Notes: generated by a model from the letters alone, not told the origin. Counted from the first letter of the stretch, positions 29,255 to 44,715 are shown. The stretch: 64,000 bases of DNA from the human T2T-CHM13v2.0 reference genome, Homo sapiens (GCF_009914755.1 NC_060930.1), one strand, 5' to 3'. Program-made: numbers and translations.

Positions 29255-31019
29255 AGCATGTTGTGTTTCTATTTTCATTAGTTTCAATACATTTTTAAAA
29301 TTTGCTTTTTAATTTCTTTATTGATTTGTTGGTCATTCAGGAGCATGTTGTTTAATTTCCATGAGTTTGTGCCATTCCCAAAGTTTCCCTTGTTATTGAT
29401 TTCTAGTTTTATTCCAATGAGGTCTGAAAAGATACTTAATATAATTTTGATTTTTTAAAAATTTTTTGAGTCTTTTTTTGTGGCCTAACATTTTGTCTAT
29501 CCTAGAGAGTGTTCCAGGTGCAGATGAGAAGAATATGTATTCTGTAACTGTTGGTTAAAATGTTCTGTAAATGTCTATTAGGTCCATTTGTTTATAGTGC
29601 AATTTAAGATTGATATTTCTTTGTTGAATTTCCATCTAGATGATTTCTCCAGTGCTGAGTGTGGGGTATTGAAGGCATCAACTATTATAGTATTGGAGTC
29701 TATCTCTCCCTTTAGATCTAATAATATTTGGTTAAATATCTGGGTGCTCTGGTGTTGGGTGTATATATATTTATAATTACTATATACTCTTGCTGAATTG
29801 ATCCCTTTGTCATTATATAATAAACTTTATCTCTTTTTACTGTTTTTGACTTAAAATCTATTTTATCTGATGTAAGTATAGCTACACCTGCTCACATTTG
29901 GCTTCCATTTGCATGGAATATTTTTTTCCATCCCTTTTTTTTTTTTTTTTTTTTTTAGTTTATGTGTCTTTACAGATGAAGTGAGTTTCTTCTAGGCAGC
30001 ATATAATTGGATCATTTTAAAAAATCAATTCAGACGGTCTATGTCTTTTAATTGGGGAATTTAAACTATTTATATTCAAGGTTATTGTTGATAGGTGAAG
30101 GCTTACTCATGTCATTCTGTTAGTTGTTTTCTGGTTGTTTCATATAGTCTTTGTTCCTGTTTCCTTTCTTATTGTTTATATTTTCAGTTTGGTGGTTTTC
30201 TGTAGCAAAAAGATTTGATTACCTTCTCTTTCTTATGTGTATCTGCTCTATCAGTAACTTTTATACTTTTGTCTGTTTTCATGAGGGTAGTTATTGTCCT
30301 TTCACTTCCAGATGCAGGACTTCTATATTTCTTGCGAAGCCAGTCTAGTGATGATAAATTCCCCATTTTCTCCTTGTCTGGAAAAAACTTTATTTTGCCT
30401 TCATTTCTGAAGGTTAACTTTGCTAGGAATAGTACTCTTGACTGGCAGTTTTTCTTTTCTTTCAGCACTTTAAATATATCCTCCTATTTTCTTCTGGTCC
30501 ATAAGGTTTTGCTGAGAAACCTCTGTTAGTCTGATGGAGATTCCATGATATGTAACTTGACACTTTTCTCTTGCTGTTTTTAGAATTTTCTCCTTTGCTT
30601 TGACTTTTGACAGTTTAACTATAATGTGGCTCAGAGAGGGCTTTCTGGGTTGAATTTGGGAACTTTTGAGCTTACTAGATATGGATATCCATATCTCTCC
30701 TAAGACTTGGGAAGATTTCAGTGATTATTTTATTATGTAGGTTTTCTATGCCTTCTTCCAGCTCTTCTCCTTCTGGAATTCCCATAAAATGAATATTTGT
30801 TTACTTAATGGTTTTATATAAGTCGTTTAAGCTTTCTTCATTTTTTTCTTTTTTGTCTGGCTGGATTATTTCAAAAGACCTTCAAGTTCAGAAAATTTTT
30901 CTTCTGCTTGATCTAGTCTATTGTTGAATTTCTCAATTGTATTTCTTATGTTATTCACTGAATTCTTTAACTCTAAGATCTCTGTTTGGGTCTTTTTTAT
31001 ATCAATCTCTATTGAGTAT

Positions 31020-31347
<328 letters not shown>

Positions 31348-32084
31348 TGAATTATTTTTCTGATTTCATTGAGTTGTCTATCTGTTTTCTCTTGTATCTC
31401 ACTGAGTTTTCTTAAAATAATTATTTTGAATTCCTATCCAGGCATTTTATAGATTGCCTTTTCTTTGGGGTCTGTTGCTAGATACTTACCATGTTCCTTT
31501 GGAGGGGTCATGTTTCTTTGCTTTTTTGCTTCTTGTATTATTACATTGATATCTGCATATCTGGTGGAATGGGTGCCTCTTCCAATTTTATGGGGTAGCT
31601 TTTATAGGGATACATTTTCCCCATAGATGTGTCCTATAGTGTTGGTTAGGTAAGGATGCTTTAGTTTTGGTTCTGGATGGGTACAGTAGAGTAGTCTCTG
31701 TGTGATTTCTTTGGCTGTATTCAGTGTCTGCAAGTACCTTACCGGCCTAGGCTCTGGGTATTTGTGAAGGCAGTGTTGTGGCTTTGCTTGGGGTAAGGGC
31801 CACCAAGTGGGCCAATTCTTAGGTTCTGGAGGGCACACAGTGGGCATGGCATCTCTGCTGGTTGCAGGGTTGGTGTTGCAGGCACCAGTCAGGCTGGATG
31901 TTGGTTCCTGGGATACTGGTGTAGTACATGGTGGCTCTGCCACTGGAGGAGATGGGTTTGCTGGCAGCTGTAGGCACCAGGTGGACCAGTCATTGGTCCC
32001 TGGGGAGCCTGCACCTAAGTGATACTTTTATTTTGGTTAAAAAAAAAGTAACATAAAATTTACCATCTTAACCATCTTTAAGTA

Positions 32085-32296
32085 CAGTACGTCCTCACTG
32101 AACACCATTGATAGATTCTTGGAAACTGCAACTTTAAACAAAACAACGTATAAGAAAAATCAGCATTTTTTCTCATCAACATTACAATAAAATGATATTG
32201 AATAAAATGATGTTACCTGAGGACCTGCTCTACACTGTTTTGCTTAAAGTTGTGGTTTCCAAGAACCTATTGATGACATTAAATGAATATTTACTG
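32085..32296. mobile_element. Tigger-type MITE (MER6-family-like) with ~60-bp terminal inverted repeats
   Basis: cagtacgtcctcac...ttcttggaaactgcaactttaa vs ttaaagttgtggtttccaagaa...tttactg; TA TSD. Confidence 0.72.
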
Positions 32297-32408
32297 TATA
32301 CCATTCAGGGATACAGAAAATGTATCCCTATAAAAGCTACCCCATAAAATTGGAAGAGGCACCCATTCCACCAGATACACAGATATCAATGTAAGAATAC
32401 AAGAAGCA

Positions 32409-32703
<295 letters not shown>

Positions 32704-33616
32704 GATTACAAGAAGCAGAAAAGCAAGGAAACGTGACACCTCCAAAAGAACATGATAATTGTGGCATTGAATACATTCATAATATTTCACAATATATCTT
32801 CAGGATGTTTTTATCTTGCAAACTTAAACTCTATACCCATCAAACAACTCTCATTTTCCCTTCCTCCCAGCTCCTGGCAACCACCATTCTACTTTCTTTT
32901 TCTATATGTTTGGCTACTTTAGATACCTCATATAAGTGGAATCATGCAATATTTGTCTTTGTGGTTTATTTTACTTAGTATAATGTCCTCAAGGTTCATC
33001 CATGTTGCAGTTTGTGTCAGAATTTCCTTCCTTTTTTCAAGGCTGAATAACATTCCCTTATAAGTATATACCACATTAAAAAAAATCTATTCATCTGATA
33101 TGAGGATTTGGGTTGCTTCCACCTTTTGGATATTGTCAATACTGTTGCTATAAATATGGATGTGCAAATACCTCTTCAAGATCTTGCTTTCAATTCTTTT
33201 GGATATATATCCAGAAGTACAATTGCTAGATCACATGGTAATTTTATTTTATTTTATTTTTTTAGGAACCACCATACTGTTTTCCATAGCATTTGCACCA
33301 TTTTACAATCCCACCAACAGTGCACAAAGGTTCCAGTTTTGCCACATCTTCACCAACACTGGTTATTTTATGATTTTTAATAGCAGCCATTCTAATGGGT
33401 GTGAGGTGAAATCTTACTGTGGTTTTGATTTGAGTTTCTCTGATGATTAGTGATGTTGAGCATCTTTTATATGCTTCTTAGCCATTTGTATATCATCTTT
33501 AGGTAATATCTATTCAAATCCTTTGCTTATTTTTTCTTTCATCTTTCTTTTCTTTTTTTTTTTTTTGGTAATTGACTGCCTATTTTTAAATCAGTTTATT
33601 TGATCTTTTCTTGTGA

Positions 33617-33916
<300 letters not shown>

Positions 33917-35246
33917 TGGAGTTCTTTATGTATTCTGGCTATTAGCCACTTATTGGATATATAATTTGCAAATCTTTTCTCCCATTATATAGGTTGACTC
34001 TTCGTTTCAATTGATTTGCATCCTTTGCTGCACAAAAGTTATTAAATTTGGTGTCATCCTATTTGTCCATTTTTGCTTTTGTTGCTTCGACTTTTGGTGT
34101 TATATTCAAGAAATGGTTGCCAAATTTAATATCATGAAGCATTTCCCCTATGTTTCCTTCCAAGAGTTTCATAATTGTAGGTCTTACATTTAGATCTTTA
34201 ATTCATTTTGAGTAATTTTTGTATGTGGTATAATGATAAAACTTTATTATTTTGCATGTGGATATTCAGTTTTCCCAACACCATATATTGAAGACATTGT
34301 CCTTTCCCCATTGAGCGGTCTTGGCACCCTTAACCATATATGTGAGAGTTTATTTCTAGGCTTTCTACTCTGTTCCATTGGTCTACCTGTCTCTCTTTAT
34401 GCCAGTACCATACTGTTTTGATTACTATATCTTTGTAATATTTTTTGAATTCAGGGAGTGTAAGTTCTTCAACTTTGTTCTTTTGGAAAGTTGTTTAGCT
34501 GTTTGGGGTCCCTTGAGATTTCATATAAATTGTAGGATGAATTTTTCTATATCTGCAAGAAATATCTTTGGAATTTTGATAGAGATTGAAATAAATGATC
34601 TTTGAGGTTCTTTGTGATATTAAAGTGATGTAGTATATATGTATCACTTAAGTAGCAATTCAGTTCTGGGATTATTATTAAATTCTTTACCTCCAGATGA
34701 GAAGAAGGGACATTTATTCAGCTCCTTCTACATGGTAGGCATTATTGCAGCACTCTGGGTAGAGACATCATTAGTATTTTTGTTAGGTTGACTTGCCCTG
34801 CTCTGCATGGAAAAGCCAGGATTCCTGCAGAGATACAAGCCCAGGTCTGTGTCCTTATAAAGCTTGTGCTCTTCTTGTGCTACACTTCTGCACCCTCCTC
34901 CATTGCCCAGAAGCTTCCTAACAGTTGACAGAGTTTGCACCCAATGCTGATGGGTGTTTATCTTTTCACTGATGTCACAACAGTTGTGGGAGTACCACCT
35001 GCTATTGTCTTTAGGGGATTGTCACAGAATTTTTAAATGAGCTACTATGTATATTTGAATACTTACAGTGCTAAATGGACAAACATATTTGGGGAATCAT
35101 GATGCTGGACTTTAATTTTATTTTTTAATTGAATAAAGTCCTACCTAAATTTTCTTCCTTGTTCACGTGTATGTGACCAAAGTCTTGCTGAGAAAAAGGG
35201 AATATGCTTCTCATAACCATTCCTTCTCTTCTCTATTCTCCCTGAG

Positions 35247-35408
35247 ATTTCCAACCCTGAGTGAGTAATGCAAGTGCTCCAAGATCACGCTGCAAAGACA
35301 GTCATGCTGGCTCCACATCAGCCATCGTTTGTGGCTTCCCAAGGTTTGCATCAGGGCAATTATGACCAAGTCTGGGAGAATATTGACAACAACATCAACC
35401 TCTGTCAG
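35247..35408 (+). pseudogene. CCDC162P: Exon 10 with premature stop: ISNPE*VMQVLQDHAAKTVMLAPHQPSFVASQGLHQGNYDQVWENIDNNINLCQ
   Basis: Long pyrimidine tract then cctgag|ATT; TGA at 35262-35264; CAG|gtacta; 162 nt, phase 0->0; otherwise open. Confidence 0.8.
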
Positions 35409-36922
35409 GTACTATAGGAAGAAATAACCAATATGCCCTTTTATGCAACTTGCTACCTGTGTGTAGCCCTTAGATATTTACTTTGGTAGTTTTTCTGACA
35501 CCCTTCCCACGAAAATCTCTATCATCTAGCCAGGTTTATTTTCATTATAAGAAAGATTAAGTGCTCATTAAAAAGAAAGATATAAAGAAGTGTAACATAA
35601 GATGTTGTTCCTACAAGGACAGATACTTAAACCAGTAAATGCCAGTGCAAGGCTGTACATCCAAGGGCTAAGCAACCAATGAGTTGGACAGTTATTAAAT
35701 ATCGTATTTAGAAAGTGGACCCCAAAGGGTAGATTCTATTGGGGAAAGCCTCTTGAAGGAGAGGAAATTGAGCTGGGTTTGAAGGAAGCATAGGACTTAC
35801 GGAAGTGGTGGGGAGGAAAGTAGGGAGTGCATTCTAGGAGGTACAGCATGAAGAGCATGCTGAGGAGATACTGGATGTGATATAGTCAGAGCCAGCTTAG
35901 TTGAGTGGAAGATTCATGTGGAAATACAGTGAAAAGAAAGAATGTTTGTTTCTTTATTTGTCAGGGGAGGTGCTGGTTGTGAATGCTCATGCATTCCAGA
36001 CAAAAGAATCTGTGCTTTTTCCTATAAGGAAAATATTTCATACAAAGGCATATGTTTAAGGAAAAATAATGTGACAGCAAAATGTTAGTTGGACTGAAAG
36101 AGGGAGAGTTTGGAGACAAGGAAGCCAGTTAGGTAGCTGCTGCACAGGATAGGCATGAGGTTTGGAAGTGAAAAGAAGTTTATTCACAAAGCTGGTGTAT
36201 ACTTGTCTTTACAATGATACCATAACATTTTTGAAGTTTTCATCTGCTATTATTTGTCACTCTAAAAGAAGAGTTTCGTTTCATTTGTCTATTTAAGTTG
36301 GGAAGGCCTAAATATGTTTATAGTCTAAGGGGAGGAAGCAGTAGAGAAGAGGAGACAGAAGATATGAAAAGGGAAATGTGAGAAACAGATGACCCTGGGG
36401 AAGAGGAAGCGATGGGATGAAGAAACCAGATGGAGGAGTAATTTTGAGAAATCAAGAATGACATCCCTTCCCTTGAGGTGAATGGGATACATAGAATTTT
36501 CAGGTGCAAAAAGGTAAGATGTGGGTGCTCCTGACTGGCCCTGGCTGTCTCAGAGAGAGGGAGGAGGCAGAGCTCATCTGCATTAGTGAAGTGGACGGCA
36601 AGAGCTACACGTGAGGAGGTGCATGGCTATGAGAAAGACCACAGGACCATCAGTAAGAGGAAAATACATGAGTGACTGCATAGTCAAGAGGCCCCTGGTA
36701 AAACACAATGCTATGAATTTGTAGTGAGCCCCTTTTGTATAAATTCTATTCCTTTCACCCCTAAACATGATTGTAGAGTGCCTGAAAATTGTATAAAATC
36801 AAAGTTGAGAGGAAGTTGAGTAAATGCTGGAGAAAGAAGTACGGTCACGGTCCATTATCCCAGGCTGGATATGGGGGAAAGTGAGACCTCAAGGTATCCA
36901 GTGAGTTATAGATTAGTTGGGA

Positions 36923-36962
36923 GCACACACACACACACACACATGCACACACACACACACAC
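36923..36962. repeat. Interrupted (CA)n microsatellite
   Basis: Direct reading. Confidence 0.95.
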
Positions 36963-37371
36963 CCCTTTTATAACTGTTCAATTTGTTTGAGCAAGGATCT
37001 AGAGATCTAATGAGAAATGAGTTGGCCACACAGATCAGGAGCAGAGGCAATATATCATAACATGGATCTCCCAGGCCCCTGAATTTCCCGACAGGGTATG
37101 CAACTATCAGTGACACACTCCTTGGCTAGCATCCTGCCAGAGTTGAAAAAATAGCCACATTTTTCCTATCCCATTGCCGTTTTACAACTGAAGTTTGTAT
37201 CACCATTCAGGAAGACCTTACACGAATAAGGAGATATTAAAAAAACATTGACTCTCCTGTTCCTGAACCAAACATAGAGGATACAGGGTAGAGGAGAAAG
37301 GAGTGAGAAGGCAGAGTCTGTCCCAGTGTCTTGGAACCGTGTCTTTTCTTCTGAGATCCTGAACAGTTTAC

Positions 37372-37995
<624 letters not shown>

Positions 37996-38145
37996 TAATA
38001 ATCATCCTTTACCTGGGGAGTTATGGTATTAACATCTGAGGCCCATCAGCACAAGTCTGTTTTCCTCCTTGAGTGAGAGAATAAAGGGAATTAAATTCCG
38101 GAGGTCCATAAAGAGGTGAGAGGAGATGAATAAGAGTGAGGAGAG

Positions 38146-38492
<347 letters not shown>

Positions 38493-39455
38493 TCATGTTT
38501 GAAATTATGGAGAAACGGTAAGGTCTAGGGTGTGGCCTGACCACTGGGAAGCTGAGTTGTAGCACTGCCCACAGGCACTTAGGGGACAAAGGAGGTTACC
38601 TCTGTAGGACCACTGTGCCAGTGAAAAGCAGAAAGTAAACAGTGACAGTAGGAGATGGTGGCTCAGGTAAGTGTTGAGTAGTAGAAAACACCAAGCTAGG
38701 GCAACTGTGTAAGAAACTGGTGGAAATGGAAGCAGGGAAAGCTCCTGCTTCTCCTCCCAGCCGTGCAATGGAGGGGACAACTAACACTTTCTGCTCTCAC
38801 TGCTTTCTTCCCCTTGTGGAGGAGATGGAGATTCAGGTACTGATAGGATGCAGTCTGTGCTTTCACCAAAGTCTGTTTTGAATGCAATTGCCCAAATAAT
38901 AAAAAGAAAAGAAAACCACTTCCTCTAGCTATTTACTGACATATAAATGTTGTTCTTGGAATCTTGGAATTCCCCAAAGGGAGAAAAATATCAGCACTGC
39001 ATTTTCAAGTTGACTTATGGTAAATAGACCATAGAGAGACTAATAATACCTGTAGATCTTCAGATTCCAGAGATGGGGCATGAGGGGAGACATACAGCAC
39101 ACACACAAATCACTGTACAAATTAGGATCATGAAGTTTTCCATTTTCTCATTCATTCATTCATTCCATGATTATTACATGGACATTGCCTTTGTGTCAGG
39201 AACTGTACTTGGGTTAGGGGATGAAACAGACCCAGTCCCTGCCCTGAGAGCAACATGCAATAAACAAGTGAACAAAGAAGTAAACCTACATCTCTAACTT
39301 GTGAGTGCCATGAAGAAAACAGGGGGCAGAGAACAATAAGTGGAGGGGAGCACCCTCTGACAGAGTTCAGCCAAATCTTGGGGTGGGAGGATTGAACTGA
39401 ATTTAATGAATGAGAAGGAGGCAGCCATGCAAAGAGCCTGGAGAAAGAGAAGAAT

Positions 39456-39712
39456 TCCCTTCCTTTCCTTTCCCTTCCCTTCCCTTCCCTCCCCTCCCCT
39501 CCCCACCCCTCCCCTCCCCACCCCTCCCCTCCCCACCCCTCCCCACCCCTCCCCTCCCCACCCCTCCCCTCCTCCTCCCTTCCCCTCCCCCTCCCTTCCC
39601 CTCCCCTTCCTCTCCCCTTCCCCTCCCCTCCTCTCCCCTTCCTCTCCCCTCCCCTCCCCTTCCTTTCCCTCCCCTCCCCTCCCCTCCCTTCCCTTTCCTT
39701 TTTTCCCTTTCT
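39456..39712. repeat. Polypyrimidine low-complexity tract, (CCCCT)n/(CCCCACCCCTCCCCT)n
   Basis: ~250 nt almost purely C/T. Confidence 0.95.
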
Positions 39713-40287
39713 TAAAACCAGTGCTATTTTCTGTTCCAAAGCAAAGAACAGAAAATAGTACTGGGTTTAAGAATAGAAATTCCAAGGCAACAGCCAATAT
39801 TTTCTAGTTTTCTTCACATTTTCCCATGGGTGGCACTTTGTAACCTCCTGGAGTATTTCTGCTTTGGTCAAGAGCCACTTTATACTGTATCAGTGCCCCA
39901 CTGGTAGCACATAGCCATTCTGGATGTTAAATGCTAATCAAATCAGATTAGGATTAAGTAAAAATGTGGCAGCTAGGAGGAGTTACAGGAATGTGAGTAT
40001 GAATCTTAAAGCTGTGTTACTATTTTGCAAACATGTAGCAGTCAAGTGTGGATTTTAGCATCTGTATGCTGGTCAGCATCTTGATTCTGAATTTGGCAAG
40101 TGGCAACCAATACCTCATGACAGATAAGTTTCTTAAAGGGCCTTCTGCATAAAGAAAAACAAACTTCATAGGACGACTGTCTGTCCATTTTGGCATCTCT
40201 GAGAGAATGAATATAATCACTAATTGTAGCACAACTTCAGAACAGTTTCTGGTCAGTTCTCTCTGAATGCCATTCACCAGTAACCTT

Positions 40288-40591
40288 TCCTTTTTTGTTT
40301 TGTTTTGTTTGTTTTTGACAGGGTCTTACTCTGTTGCCCAGGCTGAAGTGCAGTAGTGCGATTTCAGCTCATTGCAGCCTTTGCCTCCTGGGTTCAAGTG
40401 ATCCTCCTGACTGAACCCCCTGAGTAGCTTGGACTACGGGTGGGTGGGCGCACACCATCACTACCAGCTATTTTTTTTTCTTTCTGTAGAGACAGGGTTT
40501 CACCATGTTGCCCAGGCTGGTCTCGAAGCAATCCACCTGCCTGGGCCTCCCAAAGTGCTGGGGTTACAGGCATGAGCCACTGTGCCCGGCC
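40288..40591 (-). mobile_element. AluJ
   Basis: Antisense degenerate dimer. Confidence 0.9.
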
Positions 40592-40609
40592 CCACTTTCC
40601 TTTAGGGAG

Positions 40610-41195
40610 TTTTTTTTTTTTTATTTATTTTGAAATAGTTTGAGATTTACAGAAAAGCTGCAAAGACAGTACAAAGAGTTCCCATCTACCCCTACTCAGT
40701 TTCTTATATTATTGACATCTTACATTGTAGTGATACATTTGTCATACCCAAGAAACCAACATTGGTACATTACTGTTAACTAAACTAGGCTTCATCTGGA
40801 TTTCACCAGTTTTTCCATTAATGTTCTCTTTCTGCCCTAGGATCCTATCCAGGATACCATGTTACATTTAATCATCGTACCTCCCCCACCTCCCCTGCTC
40901 TGTGACAGTTCCTCAGTCTTTCTTTGTTTATCATGACATTGACAGTCTTTAGGAGTACCAGCCCCGCAATCTGTAGACCTTTGCCTAATTTGAGTTTGCC
41001 TGATATTTTCTCATGGTTACACTGGGGTTATGGGTTTAGAAGAAGAAGAATATCACAGAGGCTAAGTGTCCTCACCACATCCTATTCGGGGAACATGATA
41101 TCAACGTGACATCATGGCTGATGTTAATCTAGCTCACTTGGTTAAGCTACTGGTGATTGCCAGGTTTCTCCACTGAAGTTACCATTTTTTTCTTT
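40610..41195 (-). mobile_element. Old L1MC/ME 3' end fragment
   Basis: tttattttgaaatagtttgagatttacagaaaagctgcaaagacagtac motif. Confidence 0.7.
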
Positions 41196-43204
41196 AAGGA
41201 GTTTTTAAAAATTAAGTTTAAATCATATAAGTGATAAATAAATGTCTTCTCCTTGTAAAAAGTTGAAACATTACTGAAAAGTTAAATTCCCCTTTAACTA
41301 CTCCCTGCTGCCCATCCTGCTCCCCATTCCACCTCCTTAGAGGCAAACATGGTTATTGCTTTGAGCCTTTTCAATGCATTTACATACATACATATGTCCC
41401 CATAAAATATATATAGGATAAGTTTGCATTTGAGGTTTTTATATAAATGATATATCATACTATATGAATATCTTTCTGCAACCCAACAATATGTCTTGGA
41501 GATCTGCTGTTCTTTTCAATGGCTGAGTTGTATTTTATTGTATACTACAGATTACACCCCAGCTAGGCCTGTGTAGAACCTCTGGAACCTGTAATTGTTA
41601 GATCAAGTTACTCATGTTCATAAAAAAAGCACATTTATTAAAATGGCTATGTATAGACATCGCACACTACTATTGACCATCGTATTTTCAAAGATAAGGT
41701 TTAAATTGGTCACTGTTTTTTTAACCTCATGGAGTAGTAAAGCAGCAGCAAACACCACATCCAGGTTGCAGTGTCGGGGGGCAGTGGTAGAGCCCTTCCT
41801 TTGCCTCTTCCCACTGACCACACCAAGGAGGGGAGGTGCTCCCCTGCATTTCCAGAGGTAATGTGATGTAGTGAGAAGAAGGTGTGCTCGCACAGAAATG
41901 GTGGTGTAGACAGTAGCTCCGATGTGCAACATATTCAGCGAAACACAAAACACCCTTTTCCTGGTTCTTCTCACCAAATTCAATAAAATATTTACTTAAA
42001 AAATTTTCTGATGATAATAGTGGCATGTGTTTAACACAGAAAACTTGGGAAATATAGAAAAATACAAGAAAGAAAACTAAAATCACCCCTTGTTGTACCA
42101 TCCAGAATAACAACAGTATTATTAATATTTGGTATATATCCTTCTGGTCTTTGTTTCAGTGGATAAACCCATGTAAGCAGCAGAGATGTTCTGGGTGTGG
42201 GGAATACATAACAGTCTTACTTTTCCTACCTACCTCCCACTTCATTTCCCCTGCCAACTTCCCAGAAGAAAATGAGATTTGCAATCAGCAGAAATCTCAG
42301 AACTGTCTAAACACATGAACTCAGCCATGCTGACAAAGAGCCGCAGGCAGTAAAGGTCAGCAGATTTCCACACCCAGGCCGGGAGAATGAACACAGATGG
42401 GGTTGCCCTGCTGCTTACCTGCACCGTCTCCAGTACGCTTAGGGGTCCATGCTTCTGGACTTGGTATTTCCTAAGCAGTTTCCTTTTGTGGGATGTTGTT
42501 GGTCCTTTTTCCTGGAGGATGCTGGGTGCTCTCCTTTTCCTGCTCCAGCTGATCTGTGCTCCCTTCCTTTTTCCCAGGCCACCTGCAGGTCCAGCAGTAC
42601 TTTTGTGGTTTGTTCAGTCAGTCCTTCAAATGTCTTCCACTGTAACTTGATGTCACTTTCTGTCCTGTCCTATGTAATTCTGGGTAATTTTAGAAGCAGC
42701 TGAAAGTGTCACAATCCCATCAGAGAAAGGATGTGGCTCAGAGCCTTCCTTCTGGGACCACATCAAGCAGTGCTGAACAGCAACCTGAGAGCACTACAGG
42801 CCAGGAGGCAAAAGGCTCCACTGAACCCCTGCTACCCCATATTCATAGGAATTGTCAAAATTCAGCTACTCTCAGAGTATATGCTTTCCTATAGATTTTA
42901 AAAAACATAACAGATGTTCTTTACTTTGGAATGCCGATCTTTCTGTTTTAACGAACAAGAATGCACCATGTCACCTCACAGGGTCTTTTCCAGTCCTAGG
43001 GTTGTGGGATGTTTACACAGAAATACACTGATGTGTACACTGAGCTGGAAGCCAATTCTACCTACAAGCATAATGGGCAATCACTTAACGCTACTCAATT
43101 GGACAACTTTCTCTCTCACCCACTTTTCCTAATATTCCTGTCAACATTTTCCTTCCTCACTTCCTGTCAAAAGCCTGCTAGTCTATCTTTAGAGTCTTGG
43201 GGAC

Positions 43205-43690
43205 TGTATTAGTTAAAATTAGGTTTGGCTGTTGGTGATGGTAAAATGATATGACAGAGGATTAAAGGAGGTGGAAATTGTGCTCTCTGTCCCTCATATG
43301 AATGTTTCAGGGTAGGATGTACAGAGCTGGTGTGGTAGATTTGCACTATGGAGCCCTCAGGGCTCTCAGCCCTGTCTATCTTGGAGTTCTAACAAATATG
43401 GCTCTACATTTGAGATCAACACCCAGCCTGAGACAGAGCTCCAGCTGTCACATTCATGCTCTAAGTAGCAGGATGGAGAAGGGATGAAGAAGCTGCCTCT
43501 ACTAGAAATCCTTTGAAGCTGCAACATGGCACTTTACTCCTAGTCCATTGTCACGTAGCTACACCTAGCTGCAAGAGAGGCTTGGAAATGTTGTCTGTAT
43601 CTAGGTGGTCAGGTGGCAAGATAAATATTCAATAACTGTAGGAAAAGAGGAAAATGGCTATTGGGGAACAACTAGCAGTTTCTGCAATAA
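43205..43690 (-). mobile_element. Old MLT1(J/K-like) LTR
   Basis: gtcacgtagctacacctagctgcaagagaggcttggaaatg motif. Confidence 0.55.
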
Positions 43691-44044
43691 GGGTCCGTTG
43701 GAATTCCAAGAACCAACTATTAGAATATAACCCAGAGAGGGGATTTCCAAGCTCAGCCATTGCCACTCAGTACTTTTGTGGGGATTGGTGCCACTATGAA
43801 AGTGCACACCTTATGAGATTGGGGTGTATGCCCAGAGACAGGCAAAGAAGGCAGCTAAGACGAGGCTGCCCAGAGGGTGAGGGGCAGGACCTCAGACCCG
43901 CATTGTCTTCCTCACAGTGTTATCTGGGGCTGGGGTGCATGATCACATCCCTCTCAGCATCAGGGAAGATGACTGTGGAAATAAGTGTGAACCTTGAATG
44001 CTGTGAGAGATCGTACAGGACTACTGAAGTTCGTAACAGGAGAG

Positions 44045-44230
44045 AACTGGCATCTTGAGCACCGATTAGGTACCGGGCACTAAGCTGGAGGTTTTATATA
44101 CATTCTATCATTTAACTCTCACAACACCTTATCATTTTCCATTATCATGCCATTGTACAAATGTGGAAACAGGCTCATGACTGTAAATGACTGAACCATA
44201 TAGCTAATACGTAGAAAGAGGCTTTATCCA
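44045..44230. mobile_element. MIR
   Basis: catttaactctcacaac...caaatgtggaaacaggctca core. Confidence 0.6.
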
Positions 44231-44602
44231 CTGAGCTCTCTCAGTACAGAACAAGACTAGATTAGAGAGGTTCAAAGGTCCCAAACATATACATTCTTGT
44301 ATCAACTTTTTATAAAGGGAATTACATAAAAGACAGGGAGGTAGATGGCTATTATTTAAAAGCTGTGACTACTTTCGTGAAACAAAGATTAGTTTAGTAA
44401 AAACAATGACCTCCCTAATTTATTGTAGAAATTTAGATGTCAGGTTGAATATGTCAGCTTGAAGTAGATCAAACCCCTCTTTTACTTACTTATCTAAATA
44501 TGCTTTGGATTATGAGGGTTACTTTTGCAATGACCTGACTGTGATTTTGTTAATCATATTGCAAATGTTTATGTAATTTGATTAATGCTAATTTTTTGAT
44601 AG

Positions 44603-44715
44603 AATAAAAATATGAAAGATGATGACCTCTCCATGAAACAAAATGAAAATGATCTATCACAGATAACTCTCAGCCAACATGCTGATGGGCCTCTCAAGCA
44701 GATACAAGAGACAGG
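44603..44715 (+). CDS. CCDC162P: Exon 11: NKNMKDDDLSMKQNENDLSQITLSQHADGPLKQIQET(G)
   Basis: ttttttgatag|AAT ... GG|gtaaat; 113 nt, phase 0->2, fits the next exon. Confidence 0.82.

Noticed and set aside
35262-35265. TGA as selenocysteine or programmed readthrough
   Set aside because: Context TGA-G is not the readthrough-prone TGA-C(TAG), no SECIS can be seen (3'UTR is outside the window), and CpG decay is the simpler explanation.
39152-39807. Four ORFs of 101-195 aa rich in Gly/Arg/Glu or Pro/Ser
   Set aside because: Artefact of the stop-free (CCCCT)n tract.
41595-42113. Overlapping ORFs of 88-128 aa in apparently unique intronic DNA
   Set aside because: No recognisable homology, no convincing splice sites, no poly(A)/TSD retrocopy hallmarks; exon 10 joins exon 11 in phase without it.
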